DNA from: a virus
Lineage: Duplodnaviria; Caudoviricetes
DNA length: 64,000 nt
IMG/VR virus record: IMGVR_UViG_3300033121_002300
Coordinates: 18,084 to 82,083 of that record
Reading direction: 5' to 3' (one strand)
The notes beneath the pieces are model-generated. The model had not been told where the DNA came from, ran no database searches, and saw only the letters and a program-made list of their open reading frames with translations. Positions 9,020-20,028 of the stretch are shown piece after piece; position 1 is the stretch's first letter, and every line of letters starts with the position of its first letter. The translations under genes were made by a program, and so were the position numbers.

Positions 9020-10036
9020 ATGTTATCTAATTCTATTTTAGACATCTCAGATGATAACCAGAAAGCTATATTGAAAATAATAGAGAAAGAGACCGAGATT
9101 CCGGTGTTTGTCAAAACAGCTTCAGTAACTGAGGAAAAAAAAGTTTATGCCATTCCTGAGATGAAAAAATTTGCATGTGACACTCCTTCAGATATATGGT
9201 TAAGTTATCAATATCTAAAGAAAACAGCTTCAAATTTAAAACCTTATGTAGCTGATGTTGCTATGAGAAATATAATGAAATACGCTAATTGGATGGGTGT
9301 AAATCTCAATTCAAGGGAGAAAAATATTGAATTAAAAGAAGAATATGAAATAGATAAAAATGATTTTGCACTAAGGATTCCTAAGAATGAACTTTCTGAA
9401 GAATTTTTATCTAAAAATGCCAGTTACATTTATGGAAACGATTTAGTTTTATATCCCTTAAATAATAAGGAAAATATTAAAAAAGCTAATATGAATTTCC
9501 CAAAAGGATTAGATGGAGATTTAGAAGGCTTTCGCCCTATGGTAGCAACCGGAATATCAGAAAAACTCCCGAAAGATGAATTATCAAGTCAGGTTAAATC
9601 CTATTTACCTATTCCAAAATCAGCCGCTATTAATCAAATTGAATATAGAGAAAATAAATTCCCATTATGGAAGGATGACTACAACAGGGTCAAAAAAATG
9701 ATTCAAGAAGAAAATCCTAATATAATTAAAGCTGCAAGTGAGTTAGAAAAAATAGATGATAAAGTTGGAGCATCTGTTTTATATGGTGATAATTTTTTAT
9801 CACCTTTAAGATATTTACAAGGGATATATGACGACACTGATTATTCATATAAAAAGGTAAAACTTGCTTCAAAGGAAATATTTTTTAGGGACTTACTATC
9901 CAAGAAAGCTGAATTAATTGATTCAATTCCTGAAACATCAGATGATGACTTCAAATCTCCTGCTACTTTTAATCAATATTATTCACAAAAACCTGAATAC
10001 TTAAAACAAGCAATCGGAGTTATATTAAATGGATGA
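9020..10036 (+). CDS. Head-associated hypothetical protein with K-x-A-S motifs
   Basis: FVKTAS, LKKTAS, VKLAS motifs; two genes upstream of the portal. Confidence 0.5.
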   Translation: MLSNSILDISDDNQKAILKIIEKETEIPVFVKTASVTEEKKVYAIPEMKKFACDTPSDIWLSYQYLKKTASNLKPYVADVAMRNIMKYANWMGVNLNSREKNIELKEEYEIDKNDFALRIPKNELSEEFLSKNASYIYGNDLVLYPLNNKENIKKANMNFPKGLDGDLEGFRPMVATGISEKLPKDELSSQVKSYLPIPKSAAINQIEYRENKFPLWKDDYNRVKKMIQEENPNIIKAASELEKIDDKVGASVLYGDNFLSPLRYLQGIYDDTDYSYKKVKLASKEIFFRDLLSKKAELIDSIPETSDDDFKSPATFNQYYSQKPEYLKQAIGVILNG

Positions 10037-10700
10037 TATATATAATTCATATATTGAATTATTGAAAGAGGTTTCTGGAAATAAAAGCAAGCCAAAAATC
10101 ATCGAAAAAGCCATACAAAAAAAAGATACTCAGATTCTTGATAAGAAAAAAATATCGAGAGAAGCCTTAACTGTATTTTTTTTAGCACAGGCAAAATTTC
10201 CGGATTTTTTTCAGTATGAACCTGAAACAATTAAAAGTAAATTGAATTTAGACTTAATGGAATTAGAAGAGTTACTTTGCTGCCAGAATATCTGGCACAA
10301 TTTAACACCGTTTGAAGATTGGCATATTTTTGAAAAAACAGTTTGTGTATTAAATCAAAGGCATTCAAACTTTCTAATAACTCAAGATATAAATCCATCA
10401 GAAATATGTTGGGCAATTAAATCAATGAGAAGAATTGATGATCAATCTCTTTTCAGTGATGAAGTTCTTGAATATATCTCAGTCATCTTGCATCATGAAG
10501 GATTTATTACAGCTCCTGATATTTTAAAAACGGAACAAAGTTATACCGGATTAGGAGTTGATTTTTTTCTTAAACAATTAAATAAACACCATGAATATCA
10601 TGATTATAAATCAAAAAATGAAATATTCAATAACATAAACAATTATGTATCAGACAGACAAGTAAAATTTGAACATGAATCCAAGGAAGAAAAGGTATGA
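10029..10700 (+). CDS. Hypothetical protein adjacent to the portal
   Basis: 223-aa ORF overlapping both neighbours. Confidence 0.55.
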   Translation: MDDIYNSYIELLKEVSGNKSKPKIIEKAIQKKDTQILDKKKISREALTVFFLAQAKFPDFFQYEPETIKSKLNLDLMELEELLCCQNIWHNLTPFEDWHIFEKTVCVLNQRHSNFLITQDINPSEICWAIKSMRRIDDQSLFSDEVLEYISVILHHEGFITAPDILKTEQSYTGLGVDFFLKQLNKHHEYHDYKSKNEIFNNINNYVSDRQVKFEHESKEEKV

Positions 10701-12685
10701 ACTCACCAATAGACAACGCTCCGAGAGGATCTCTTAGCACCTGGAACAATTCGCTATTTGGCAATTATAATTATGCCTCTTCACTTGCTTATCCGGCTCC
10801 TTTTCTTAATTACGAAAAGCATTTAATACCAGAATCTTTTAGAAAGGCGGCAGAATTACTTTGTCACCATTTTTTTACAGATAGCAATATAAATTCAGGT
10901 ATTGAGGTGATGAGTGTTTATCCTATTACTGAATTTATGTATCCAAATAAACCTAAAAAAGAAATTCGTGAAAAATGGGATGAAATATTAAGAAAAAAAA
11001 AGTTAAAAAGCTTTAACAAGAAACAAGGGATTGACTATTTTCTTTATGGAAACACTGCCGTTAGTCTTTATAAACCATTTCAGAGGCATGGAACATGTGT
11101 AAAATGTAATTCTAAATATAATTTAAATTCTACTTTAACCAAGTGGGAATTTAAATCACTTAAATTTAAAGTTTTTTGTTCAAAGTGTAAAAGTAAACAG
11201 GAATTAGTTAATATAAAGGATATTCCATTATCCGGATTAAATGCTTTAAAGAAAATAAATTTAATAAAATGGAATATTTTTGATTTAACACCAAGAGAGC
11301 ATTTTACATCAAGTGAAAAAAAATGGCGATTAACTATTCCCCAAAAAACAGTTAATGAAATAATAGCAGGAGATTCTTGGTATATTTCCTTAACACAAAT
11401 AGATTTCATTGAAGCTGTTCAGTCATGGAAAGCCGGAACATCAAATAAACCTGAAATAGAATTTGATGAAAATCAAATAATGGTAATTCAAAGACCAATG
11501 CCGAGCATGCCTGGTGGAGAAATGTTGGGATGGGGTTTACCTCTTGCCATTTCTGCATTAAGAGATTTAATGTTCAAGAACACTATAAGAAGAGCTCAAT
11601 CTGTTTTGCTATATGAAAATATACTGCCATTTAGAATATTTTCACCCCAGCAAATTTCAGCGGATCCTTCTTTGGTTGATAATGGAGCTTGGGTTAATAA
11701 CCTACAATTCAACTACCAGGCTTGGAGAAAAAACCCTCAACATATAATGACATCTGGAGTTCCAATTAACATTCAACAAGCGGGTGGTGATGGAAAAATT
11801 TTAAGCATGTTCCCTGAAATGCAGTTACTCGACAAGAATATTCTTAAGTCAATTAATACTCCGGCTGGGATAATTGAAGGAAATCTTACCTTTAGTGGCG
11901 GTAGTATAGCTTTAAGAGTGTTTGAAAATACATTGATAAATTTCACATCTGAGCTTGATGAAAGTAATACCTGGATAGTTGAGCAAATTGCCGAAATAAT
12001 AGATTTCGAGAAAGTTGAAGTCGCATATATGCCATTTAAGACCGGTGACGATCCTCAGTACAAACAATTGCAAGCTAATGCAGCGGAAAAAGGGTGGATA
12101 TCTAAAGATGCATATGTAAGAACATTAGGCTATGATTATGAGACAGAGCAAATTAAAGTTTCAGAAGAATTAGTCAAAGAAATGGTAATGAATGCCATCG
12201 GTCAAGCTAAAGCTCAAGCTAAAGCTCAAAAAACTATTGAGTATATTCAGACAAATAACTCATCAGCTTTTAATAATGGTACTATGCCAATAGATCCTCA
12301 GCTTGTAGATCAAGTATTTTTACAATTAAGTCAACTTCCTCCTGAACAACAGAAGGCAGCAATACAAAGTGTTCAGCAACAAAATCCTTTACTTGCCAGA
12401 GAATTATCGAATAGAAATGATTTATCCCCTCAAGCTGGTATAGACTTTTTAACTGAATTGCAGCAAACATCTCCCGAAATAGCTAACCAGAGAATACAAA
12501 GCTTAGAAGTTGATGATCCTATAAAGATGATGATAACAAAAGCAGTCGCAGATGCTATGTCTATGTATTTACCAACAATGGCTAACGGAGCTCTTCAACC
12601 TCAACAGCAAGGAGCGGTATCGAATACGGTTGACATGAGACCAGCACCAGTCCAAAAACCTCCAATGAGAAACTATCAAAAATAA
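10697..12685 (+). CDS. Portal protein (putative), with Zn-ribbon insertion and Gln-rich tail
   Basis: Size and helical character, GWGLPLAISALRDLMFKNTIRRAQ segment, CVKC/CSKC pair; no other portal candidate in the window. Confidence 0.65.
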   Translation: MNSPIDNAPRGSLSTWNNSLFGNYNYASSLAYPAPFLNYEKHLIPESFRKAAELLCHHFFTDSNINSGIEVMSVYPITEFMYPNKPKKEIREKWDEILRKKKLKSFNKKQGIDYFLYGNTAVSLYKPFQRHGTCVKCNSKYNLNSTLTKWEFKSLKFKVFCSKCKSKQELVNIKDIPLSGLNALKKINLIKWNIFDLTPREHFTSSEKKWRLTIPQKTVNEIIAGDSWYISLTQIDFIEAVQSWKAGTSNKPEIEFDENQIMVIQRPMPSMPGGEMLGWGLPLAISALRDLMFKNTIRRAQSVLLYENILPFRIFSPQQISADPSLVDNGAWVNNLQFNYQAWRKNPQHIMTSGVPINIQQAGGDGKILSMFPEMQLLDKNILKSINTPAGIIEGNLTFSGGSIALRVFENTLINFTSELDESNTWIVEQIAEIIDFEKVEVAYMPFKTGDDPQYKQLQANAAEKGWISKDAYVRTLGYDYETEQIKVSEELVKEMVMNAIGQAKAQAKAQKTIEYIQTNNSSAFNNGTMPIDPQLVDQVFLQLSQLPPEQQKAAIQSVQQQNPLLARELSNRNDLSPQAGIDFLTELQQTSPEIANQRIQSLEVDDPIKMMITKAVADAMSMYLPTMANGALQPQQQGAVSNTVDMRPAPVQKPPMRNYQK

Positions 12686-12701
12686 TTTTTTTTTAAATTA
12701 T

Positions 12702-13031
12702 CTAACTATTGGGTAATTTATAAATAATAAAAGGAGGTAAATTTTCCCCAACTTCTGGATTTTCCATTACACCGAAGACTTGAGGTATTTTGTCTAACTC
12801 CAAGAAAATTTGTTCAACAGTTGCTTTAGTTAAAATCATTTGCTCTGGAGTCATGTTTGGTGTTACATTAGCTAAAGAAGATATTATTGAAGCCTTAACT
12901 TCATCCGGTAAACCATCATTTGAATTAATATCATTCGTAATTTGCTCAACTACTGGACCAACGGCATTTACCATATCCTGATTAAGTTGATCTGTTATCC
13001 TTTGAACGGTTTCCGAAACACTAAATTCCAT
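12702..13031 (-). CDS. Hypothetical acidic protein
   Basis: 109-aa ORF overlapping the holin-like gene. Confidence 0.5.
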   Translation of the reverse strand: MEFSVSETVQRITDQLNQDMVNAVGPVVEQITNDINSNDGLPDEVKASIISSLANVTPNMTPEQMILTKATVEQIFLELDKIPQVFGVMENPEVGENLPPFIIYKLPNS

Positions 13032-13575
13032 CAGAATATACCTCTAAACCATTTACCAATCCTCTAGGATCTCTTGAGAGGGCTGGAACTTTATGATTTT
13101 TTTTAACGTATGACATTTTAAGTGAGTTAAATTGAGAATCTAATTCATTTCTCAAGACCGGAATTACTGCCTCTATTTCTTTGCTAAGAATGTTTTTGAA
13201 TTTCTCTTTTTTTTCAGGATCCGTTATTGATGTATTAATTCTATCAATTATATAACTTTTTGCTATATCCATTTTTTCTGTGCCAGTCTTTTCTTTAACA
13301 GAAGGATCTAACCAAGTTTTATGAGCAACCTCCTCAGCCAGAAATATACCCTTTTTTACCCAATCCTCGAACTGCTTCATTTCATCTTGCTCTATTTTTA
13401 ATGAATTATAGGCATCAATTTGAGCCTGAGATGATTGCTTCAGCTTAAGCTCTTCCACTTTTGCATCAATTTGCCTATTAAGAAGTAAACTACCTTTCCT
13501 TACTATATATCCAACAAGAAGCGGAACAGAAACATCTATCAACACGCTTATTAAATTTTGAACAATGGTATCCAT
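13021..13575 (-). CDS. Holin-like protein (resembles LL-H family)
   Basis: One N-terminal TM helix, then FLAEE...TGTEKMDIAKSYI, similar to the AAEQ...GxEK pattern. Confidence 0.5.
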   Translation of the reverse strand: MDTIVQNLISVLIDVSVPLLVGYIVRKGSLLLNRQIDAKVEELKLKQSSQAQIDAYNSLKIEQDEMKQFEDWVKKGIFLAEEVAHKTWLDPSVKEKTGTEKMDIAKSYIIDRINTSITDPEKKEKFKNILSKEIEAVIPVLRNELDSQFNSLKMSYVKKNHKVPALSRDPRGLVNGLEVYSDGI

Positions 13576-13583
13576 AAAATCTC

Positions 13584-15284
13584 CTAAGTATGAACTAACA
13601 TAATTTTATCGCCATTAAATATAGGAATATTTAAAATGATTTGTTGAGGATTTACTGATAAATCATAATCTTCAAATCTAATCCTTTTTGGCCCTATAAA
13701 CAACAAAGTATTGTTCTTATTTGATATTGGATTTGAAAATGTCAATATAGTATTTGCCGGTTGATTAACTTGCACAGTTAAATAATCAAAATATAATAAA
13801 TTTCCATACGAATCATCACTAACATAAACAAAAACTATATCATCAAATCTTGATGAATTCGGCCTTGTATACGGCATGCTTTCCATGATTTTTTTATCAG
13901 ATGGATTAACGGAAAAATCTCCAAATTGAGGAAACAGAGCTTCACCGCAGTAAAACATCATTACCTTATTTTGCTTAACAGCTTTCTGAAGAGTAAATGT
14001 ATCAGGGCCAGAATTTGTTCTTTTGAAATACTCAACATTTAAATGAGATTGAGAAAAAGCATCATTAAATGAAACAATGTCAAACCAATCAGAATTCTGA
14101 GGTATTATAATCGGAGTAACTCTATCTGAGTCCCATCTTATAAAATTATTATCCCTTGTATATTCCGGCAAAGTACCAGGATAAAGAGTACCTATTGCCC
14201 CATTATCATAATTAGATCCAAAAGCAAATGCACCACGAAAAAACACCAATGTTTTTTTATTGGTAACACTGAATTGACTGGCTTGATTGTATTGAGTTAG
14301 ATATACTGAAGGATTTCCTCCATCCTCTGAAGTTCCAGCATCAACTTCTTGAGTTACCATTATTATAGGGGAATAAGCTGAACCATCTTTAAAATAAGAG
14401 AAATCAATATATTTCCCTGTAACGGCTACAGGTTTTAATTGACCCCCATTCTGAAGAAATGTTGATGGATACTGGATTAAATAATCAGACCCGTAATTAT
14501 ATCTTAATGTGTCATAAAATAAATTACTACCACTATTCATTGATGTTTTTGGCGGAGCCGTTATTTCAAAGCTATCAGGATTATCCTCAGTTAATTCTAT
14601 AATATTTCTTGATAAAATCTGTCCAAGAAGAAAAGGAGAAGTGCTTGTTTTGTTATAATAAAACGCAAAAACAAGAGAACTGTTTGAAATTGGATAATCA
14701 ACTTGTTTTAACCAAGAAATCTCAGAAGTTAATTCATCATAAGTAAAATCAATTCCAGGCAAGAAAACTTTTCTATCAACGCAAAAATATATTGAAGATT
14801 GATTATAAGGTAAAGTGTTAATATTCCCGTTAATACCTTTAAGCTTAACCTTTGGAATAGGACCAGGTGTAAAAACATTTTCACCAAGTAAATCTATTAA
14901 TTCAATAGTAATCGCATTTGCTGTATAAAGATTACCGGGACCCCAAGCTGAAACCTCATCAGTTGGATTAATAGCAGTTGAGCTTAGCCATTTAATAGCA
15001 TTATATCCACTTGAAATAAAATCTAATCCAGGTAAAAATATTTCACCTTTAACAGATAAAACGCTTTTACCGGCTCCATAAACAGCAGGTAATATTAAAT
15101 ATGGATTAGTAATAGAATTAACTTGACCCGGTATGTAAACTGGTTTTGAATAAACAATTAATCTTGTATCATCAGGGAGATTGTCAAGTAAGGGCGTTAT
15201 ATCAGGTCTAGTTGAACCAGCCATAGAGCCCTGAAGCGTAATACCTGAGTTATCTATAATGAAATTCAGTCCATTTATAGCCAT
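13584..15284 (-). CDS. Virion structural protein (baseplate/fibre-associated) with internal repeats
   Basis: Repeated unit (V/G)F(L)PG(L/I)DF, LRYNYGSDY, LFPQFGDF, IRFEDY; beta-rich; in the tail cluster. Confidence 0.55.
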   Translation of the reverse strand: MAINGLNFIIDNSGITLQGSMAGSTRPDITPLLDNLPDDTRLIVYSKPVYIPGQVNSITNPYLILPAVYGAGKSVLSVKGEIFLPGLDFISSGYNAIKWLSSTAINPTDEVSAWGPGNLYTANAITIELIDLLGENVFTPGPIPKVKLKGINGNINTLPYNQSSIYFCVDRKVFLPGIDFTYDELTSEISWLKQVDYPISNSSLVFAFYYNKTSTSPFLLGQILSRNIIELTEDNPDSFEITAPPKTSMNSGSNLFYDTLRYNYGSDYLIQYPSTFLQNGGQLKPVAVTGKYIDFSYFKDGSAYSPIIMVTQEVDAGTSEDGGNPSVYLTQYNQASQFSVTNKKTLVFFRGAFAFGSNYDNGAIGTLYPGTLPEYTRDNNFIRWDSDRVTPIIIPQNSDWFDIVSFNDAFSQSHLNVEYFKRTNSGPDTFTLQKAVKQNKVMMFYCGEALFPQFGDFSVNPSDKKIMESMPYTRPNSSRFDDIVFVYVSDDSYGNLLYFDYLTVQVNQPANTILTFSNPISNKNNTLLFIGPKRIRFEDYDLSVNPQQIILNIPIFNGDKIMLVHT

Positions 15285-18200
15285 TAAAAAATCTCCCTAT
15301 AATTTTCTTCTAATTCGCAAATAAAGGCTTGATCCTTATCCTTGAGAGCAAAAACCCCTTCTCTGCATTCGAATAAAAATAACCTTATACATGTAAGTTG
15401 TTTAACCAAGCAAAACCAAGCAGCTAAACCTGTGTAAATCTGAACAATGCCAGATAGGATTAACTCGCCATTGAAATCTATTTTTTCTCCTTCAATAAAA
15501 GGTCTAACCTGTTGTTGATAAATGAAAACATCATTCATTCCAAGATTAGAAGGAGGTGTATCCAAACCAACATATGTAACACCCTGAACAACCGGAAGCT
15601 TGTAATCAATCGGAGAATATATTGATGAAGAGTCATTTGCTGTACCATCAGTTGATAAAACTAAAAAACCTCTATTAACAACTGTTGCTTTTTCATCTGA
15701 AACATAAGGCAATCTAGCCTCACTTGTTGAATTATTATATTCAAATGATGAGTTATCCGGAATAAAAGGCATAAAAGGCAATGAGTTATATTGATACTGT
15801 AAATAAACTTGACTCGATTCCAACATTAAAGATTGCATAACAGGAATTCTTATAGTTACTCCATTTGCAGGGACATATCTATTCAATGAAACATTCAATT
15901 CCCAATTAGCTCCGGTGAATAATGTTAATTGAGCTGCTGTTAATTGAATTACGACCTTTATAAGATTATCACCTATACCGTGTATACTTGCTGGAACTAA
16001 ATCATTCCCAACAAATACCATAAAATTATTTTTCATAGAACTGGCACCGTAAATTAAATGCCCATTACTGAAAAAATAAATTCCATCAGGGTGAGATATT
16101 TCTGAACCAGTGGTGGAAAAAATATGAGTTTCTGTAAGATTAGATATTTCTAAAGACCCAATACTTATATCAATTTGTTTTCCTGCATCTCCACCAACAC
16201 CAAAAACAAATTCAACAGGATCTGAAACAGCCTCAGCCAGTCTGATTAAAAAATTATTATTTGAATTATATTGTTGTTTAACTTTCGTAATAGGAATTTG
16301 TTCGCCGGTAACAGCATTGAAAGCATTTATTAAACCGATAACCGTATAATCACCTATAATTTCATCAATTTCATAATCATTTGCATTTGAGTTATTTCCG
16401 GCCATAAAATAATGCAACTCATAAGAGTAATATTTTTTATCACTCCCCATCTTTATAATAGAAAGAAAATCAGTATAAGTATCTAACCCTATAACTTTTG
16501 ATGATAAATCCTTTACCTTTGTTGGGTTTATATAAGAATCCAATGCTATTGCATAGCTTTCCGACAATATTGAATAACTATTATTATTTGCAGCGCTAAT
16601 TATATTAGATGGAATTTGTTTCAGTCCAACATCAACTATATCTTCATACCTAATGTAGAATATAATAGCTATTTCTCCATCAGCAATATAATCAGGATCT
16701 CCTGTATCAATTAAAGCAGATGAGTTTCTCATTTGACCAATTGACCAGTTATTAGCCAAAATAACAGGGCGACCGGTTGATACCCATTTCAGAGAAACAT
16801 TTAAAGGCATGCCGGTTGACTGATCTGAAACGATACTTCCAAGTGTATCATCAGGAACCTTTATCACTAAATATTTTAAGTCTTGATCATAAGTAATTGT
16901 CGGAAAATTATAAGGAGCAATTCCTGAATCTTCATCAGCTTTTATAAGTCCATACATTTTTACTATCTTAGATTTATTTCGACTCCAGAGATACCTTATA
17001 CCATCAGTTGTTCCAATAAATGAACTATCAGCCATAGGGGCATTTGTACCAAGTCTATCAACTTGAAGAGGACTCCTTGAAAACATATAAGGATCACTGT
17101 AAGTAGGTTGAAGTAAATTATTATGTTTACTATTCAATATTTTAAATATAGTTGAATTAAGAAGAGATAGGCTCTCATTTCTTTTTAATACAGGAGCCTT
17201 CTTTTCAACTTCTTCTAAATTTATTCTTAATGCTGTTTTATTATCAGGTCTTCCAATTCCACCAGCTTTATTTGTTTGAGCATTATAGGCGGAAGAATTA
17301 AATCTGGATACCACCATTATAGGAATGGCATGAGTTTTTCCGTCAACTAAATTATCAGCAAAATCTGATGAGTAATGCCCCATTCTTTGGTAAACATAAG
17401 GATTATCATCGTCATTCTTTACTGTTGCAACATTAAGAAAAGGGTCTCTATAAAGAAGATAATTAATATCTTCAACTACTTTTATTTTATAGGATAACTG
17501 AATCCAAGGTATTGATTTTTTTTCTATTTCAAAAAAAACAAAATCCTGCCTATATCCAGAAACACTTGGGGCGGGCAGCGTAACATCAACTCCCTCAAAA
17601 TATAACAAATAACCATCGAAACATAAAATATTCGGTTCTATTCTTAATTTGTTATCTTCCGCTAATTCAGTAATAACGAGTGGATTCAAAAAACCACTGC
17701 AGTATTTAGTTCTCAAATATCTGGAAAAATTATCCAGAAACAAAGACTGCCCAGATAAATTGTTTACTATATAAAAATGTACATCATCAAGTACACTTTC
17801 AGAACCAACCTGAGCATAAGCTATAAGATAATAATCAGCCTCTTCAGTAACAGTCCAAGTTGTTTCAACTCTTAATTCTCCGGAATCTTTTTTTACGCCA
17901 ACATAAATTGTTTTATTCTGAAATTCAGATGCTAAAGTGAATTTTCGCATAAATGAAGTATCAGCAGGAGTATATCCAGAATCAGTTTTATTATGGTAAA
18001 TAAAATATTCGCTACCAACTCTGCCCATATGCCTAATATCTTTTACTATAACATTTAATCCATCTCCATATATATCACCACCAAAAGTTCCTGAAGCTTC
18101 TCTTGCAAAAGTAACAAAATAGCTATCTCCAAAATTTAGCAAAGATTCAGATTGAAGAACCTCCGTAAGAACGGAAATGTTAGCATATTGTCTGTTAACA

Positions 18201-18718
18201 GATGCAGCAGTCCACGTTTGACCATCTTCATAAAATAACCTCGGTTCTTCAGGATTTAAAGTTGAAACAAGTAAAGACTCTGTTCTTACTGAATAATCAA
18301 CAACTAAATCATTTATATTAGCAGCCGCTAAATTAACCCAACCGGGCCATGTTATTTTACAAAAAATAGGTGTTCCTGCAGCCGGAGGATTTATACTGGT
18401 GCTAACAACTAAGTCGCCATCACCTTCTGAATAATAAATCCAAGCATTTCCTGCAGAAAAAATATTTATTGTTAATATAAATTTAGGAGATTCAAGATTT
18501 TCCCTGTCATAACCAGGGCTTGTGGCAAGGGAATCAGAGAAGCCAAGAAGAATCTGTTTAGCAAAAGTATTGTGATAAGAACCAACACCTCTTAACTCAC
18601 CGTTTGACAATCTGATAGTAAATGGCGATATATTAATTTGATTAGGCGCTTCAATAGTAACATCCCCGCCACTATAAATACCAAAATCACCGTATTGTTT
18701 TATTGGAGTATCAGTCAT
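15284..18718 (-). CDS. Large virion structural protein (baseplate/tail-fibre associated)
   Basis: 1144 aa, beta-rich; RQDFVFFE, HAIPIMVVSRFN, RPD segments; follows a baseplate-type gene. Confidence 0.55.
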   Translation of the reverse strand: MTDTPIKQYGDFGIYSGGDVTIEAPNQINISPFTIRLSNGELRGVGSYHNTFAKQILLGFSDSLATSPGYDRENLESPKFILTINIFSAGNAWIYYSEGDGDLVVSTSINPPAAGTPIFCKITWPGWVNLAAANINDLVVDYSVRTESLLVSTLNPEEPRLFYEDGQTWTAASVNRQYANISVLTEVLQSESLLNFGDSYFVTFAREASGTFGGDIYGDGLNVIVKDIRHMGRVGSEYFIYHNKTDSGYTPADTSFMRKFTLASEFQNKTIYVGVKKDSGELRVETTWTVTEEADYYLIAYAQVGSESVLDDVHFYIVNNLSGQSLFLDNFSRYLRTKYCSGFLNPLVITELAEDNKLRIEPNILCFDGYLLYFEGVDVTLPAPSVSGYRQDFVFFEIEKKSIPWIQLSYKIKVVEDINYLLYRDPFLNVATVKNDDDNPYVYQRMGHYSSDFADNLVDGKTHAIPIMVVSRFNSSAYNAQTNKAGGIGRPDNKTALRINLEEVEKKAPVLKRNESLSLLNSTIFKILNSKHNNLLQPTYSDPYMFSRSPLQVDRLGTNAPMADSSFIGTTDGIRYLWSRNKSKIVKMYGLIKADEDSGIAPYNFPTITYDQDLKYLVIKVPDDTLGSIVSDQSTGMPLNVSLKWVSTGRPVILANNWSIGQMRNSSALIDTGDPDYIADGEIAIIFYIRYEDIVDVGLKQIPSNIISAANNNSYSILSESYAIALDSYINPTKVKDLSSKVIGLDTYTDFLSIIKMGSDKKYYSYELHYFMAGNNSNANDYEIDEIIGDYTVIGLINAFNAVTGEQIPITKVKQQYNSNNNFLIRLAEAVSDPVEFVFGVGGDAGKQIDISIGSLEISNLTETHIFSTTGSEISHPDGIYFFSNGHLIYGASSMKNNFMVFVGNDLVPASIHGIGDNLIKVVIQLTAAQLTLFTGANWELNVSLNRYVPANGVTIRIPVMQSLMLESSQVYLQYQYNSLPFMPFIPDNSSFEYNNSTSEARLPYVSDEKATVVNRGFLVLSTDGTANDSSSIYSPIDYKLPVVQGVTYVGLDTPPSNLGMNDVFIYQQQVRPFIEGEKIDFNGELILSGIVQIYTGLAAWFCLVKQLTCIRLFLFECREGVFALKDKDQAFICELEENYREIF

Positions 18719-18727
18719 AATAACCTT

Positions 18728-19309
18728 CTAATTGAAAATATAAAGCCACTCAAGGCCGATATAAATTTTTTCGGTCGTTTTAGGAATATCAGCGTCCGCA
18801 ACAAAATGAGCAAACATTAATCCTTTTGGATGAAGTGAATTGGGATTAGACCTTAAAGCAACTTCCCTAACAAATGGATAACTACTACTTGGAGGCAAAC
18901 TTAAAACCTCATTGGTTAGCATTGTCGTTATTTTTAAGACATTTTCAGCAGATGTTGGGAATGTATAACCAGAGATATTCGTATAAACAGCAGGAGTAAA
19001 TGGTCCCGATAAATCAGTATTACTTCTCTGGGCGATATTACTACCATACCCCCATTCAACCCTAGTTAGCTTATAATCATTGTCACCAGGAATAAGTAAA
19101 TGAGCATGACCTTTTCTTGAATCAAGAGTAGCCATATTATGTTTAAATGGATTAAAAAAACGAGCATAAGTTTTCAGTTTTTTTTCATCAAGAGTTTCCC
19201 CTGTATCAGCATCAATTAAAGTCATTCTAGCATGACCTTCCCATTCAGCGGATCTTGTAGCAGTAACCTTTCTTATAAAGTGAATGAACCTATCAAACAT
19301 TATTAACAA
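18728..19309 (-). CDS. Baseplate/tail-fibre attachment protein (similar to the P2 gpH N-terminal fold)
   Basis: VEWGYGS...DL...VREVAL...LMFAH...IPKT...LEW pattern. Confidence 0.55.
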   Translation of the reverse strand: MLIMFDRFIHFIRKVTATRSAEWEGHARMTLIDADTGETLDEKKLKTYARFFNPFKHNMATLDSRKGHAHLLIPGDNDYKLTRVEWGYGSNIAQRSNTDLSGPFTPAVYTNISGYTFPTSAENVLKITTMLTNEVLSLPPSSSYPFVREVALRSNPNSLHPKGLMFAHFVADADIPKTTEKIYIGLEWLYIFN

Positions 19310-19371
19310 CCTTTATTCATAATCTTTTTCAATTTTAACATAATCAAACGAAAACTTAAAGAAAACTATAA

Positions 19372-20028
19372 TCAATATTTTTCAATATTTAACTCTCCTT
19401 CTTTAAATCTGGCTACTATTTTGCGAACCCTCCTTCTTGATGACTTTATCCACGTAAAAGGAATGCAAAACAGTTCAGCTACCTCCTCTCTTGTTAAATT
19501 AAATTCTTCAATAGCTGAATGAATAGCAACATCTAATACGTTATCATTAAATATTTTAAGCAATCTATCGTTGTCTTCTTTAGACAATTTAAAATCAAAA
19601 TCATTATCGGATTCAATATTAGGAAAGTCATCAATGTTTTCAAAGGAAAAATTAGCTTCCTTTTTATGATTAATGGTCCAACCTGACGCTACTCCTTTAC
19701 CTTCATACCCTTTAACAATATGAGATAAATCAAATCTCAAAACATTAATATAATACGTCATGAAACTTGCTTTTTTGTCTATCCTGTACCTTTTTATACA
19801 GTCCATCATAATGATAATAGCATCCTGAAGTAAATCCTCTTCATATGATCCATATAGAACGAATACCTTTTTAATATAAGGAGTTAATATTTCAAGTAAT
19901 TCCGAAAATTTTTTTTTATCTGCAAATAACTCAGGATCAAGAACTAACTTCTGAACCCTGTCCGAAATAACTTTCAAATCCATTCTTGATCCCGTTTTGT
20001 TTAAAATCAAAAGCACATGTTTTCTCAT
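19372..20028 (-). CDS. Phage sigma-70-family factor (regions 2 and 4 only); true start may be Met at 19983
   Basis: Region 2: EEDLLQDAIIIMMDCIKRYRIDKKASFMTYYINVLR; region 4 HTH: NLTREEVAELFCIPFTWIKSSRRR. Confidence 0.8.
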   Translation of the reverse strand: MRKHVLLILNKTGSRMDLKVISDRVQKLVLDPELFADKKKFSELLEILTPYIKKVFVLYGSYEEDLLQDAIIIMMDCIKRYRIDKKASFMTYYINVLRFDLSHIVKGYEGKGVASGWTINHKKEANFSFENIDDFPNIESDNDFDFKLSKEDNDRLLKIFNDNVLDVAIHSAIEEFNLTREEVAELFCIPFTWIKSSRRRVRKIVARFKEGELNIEKY

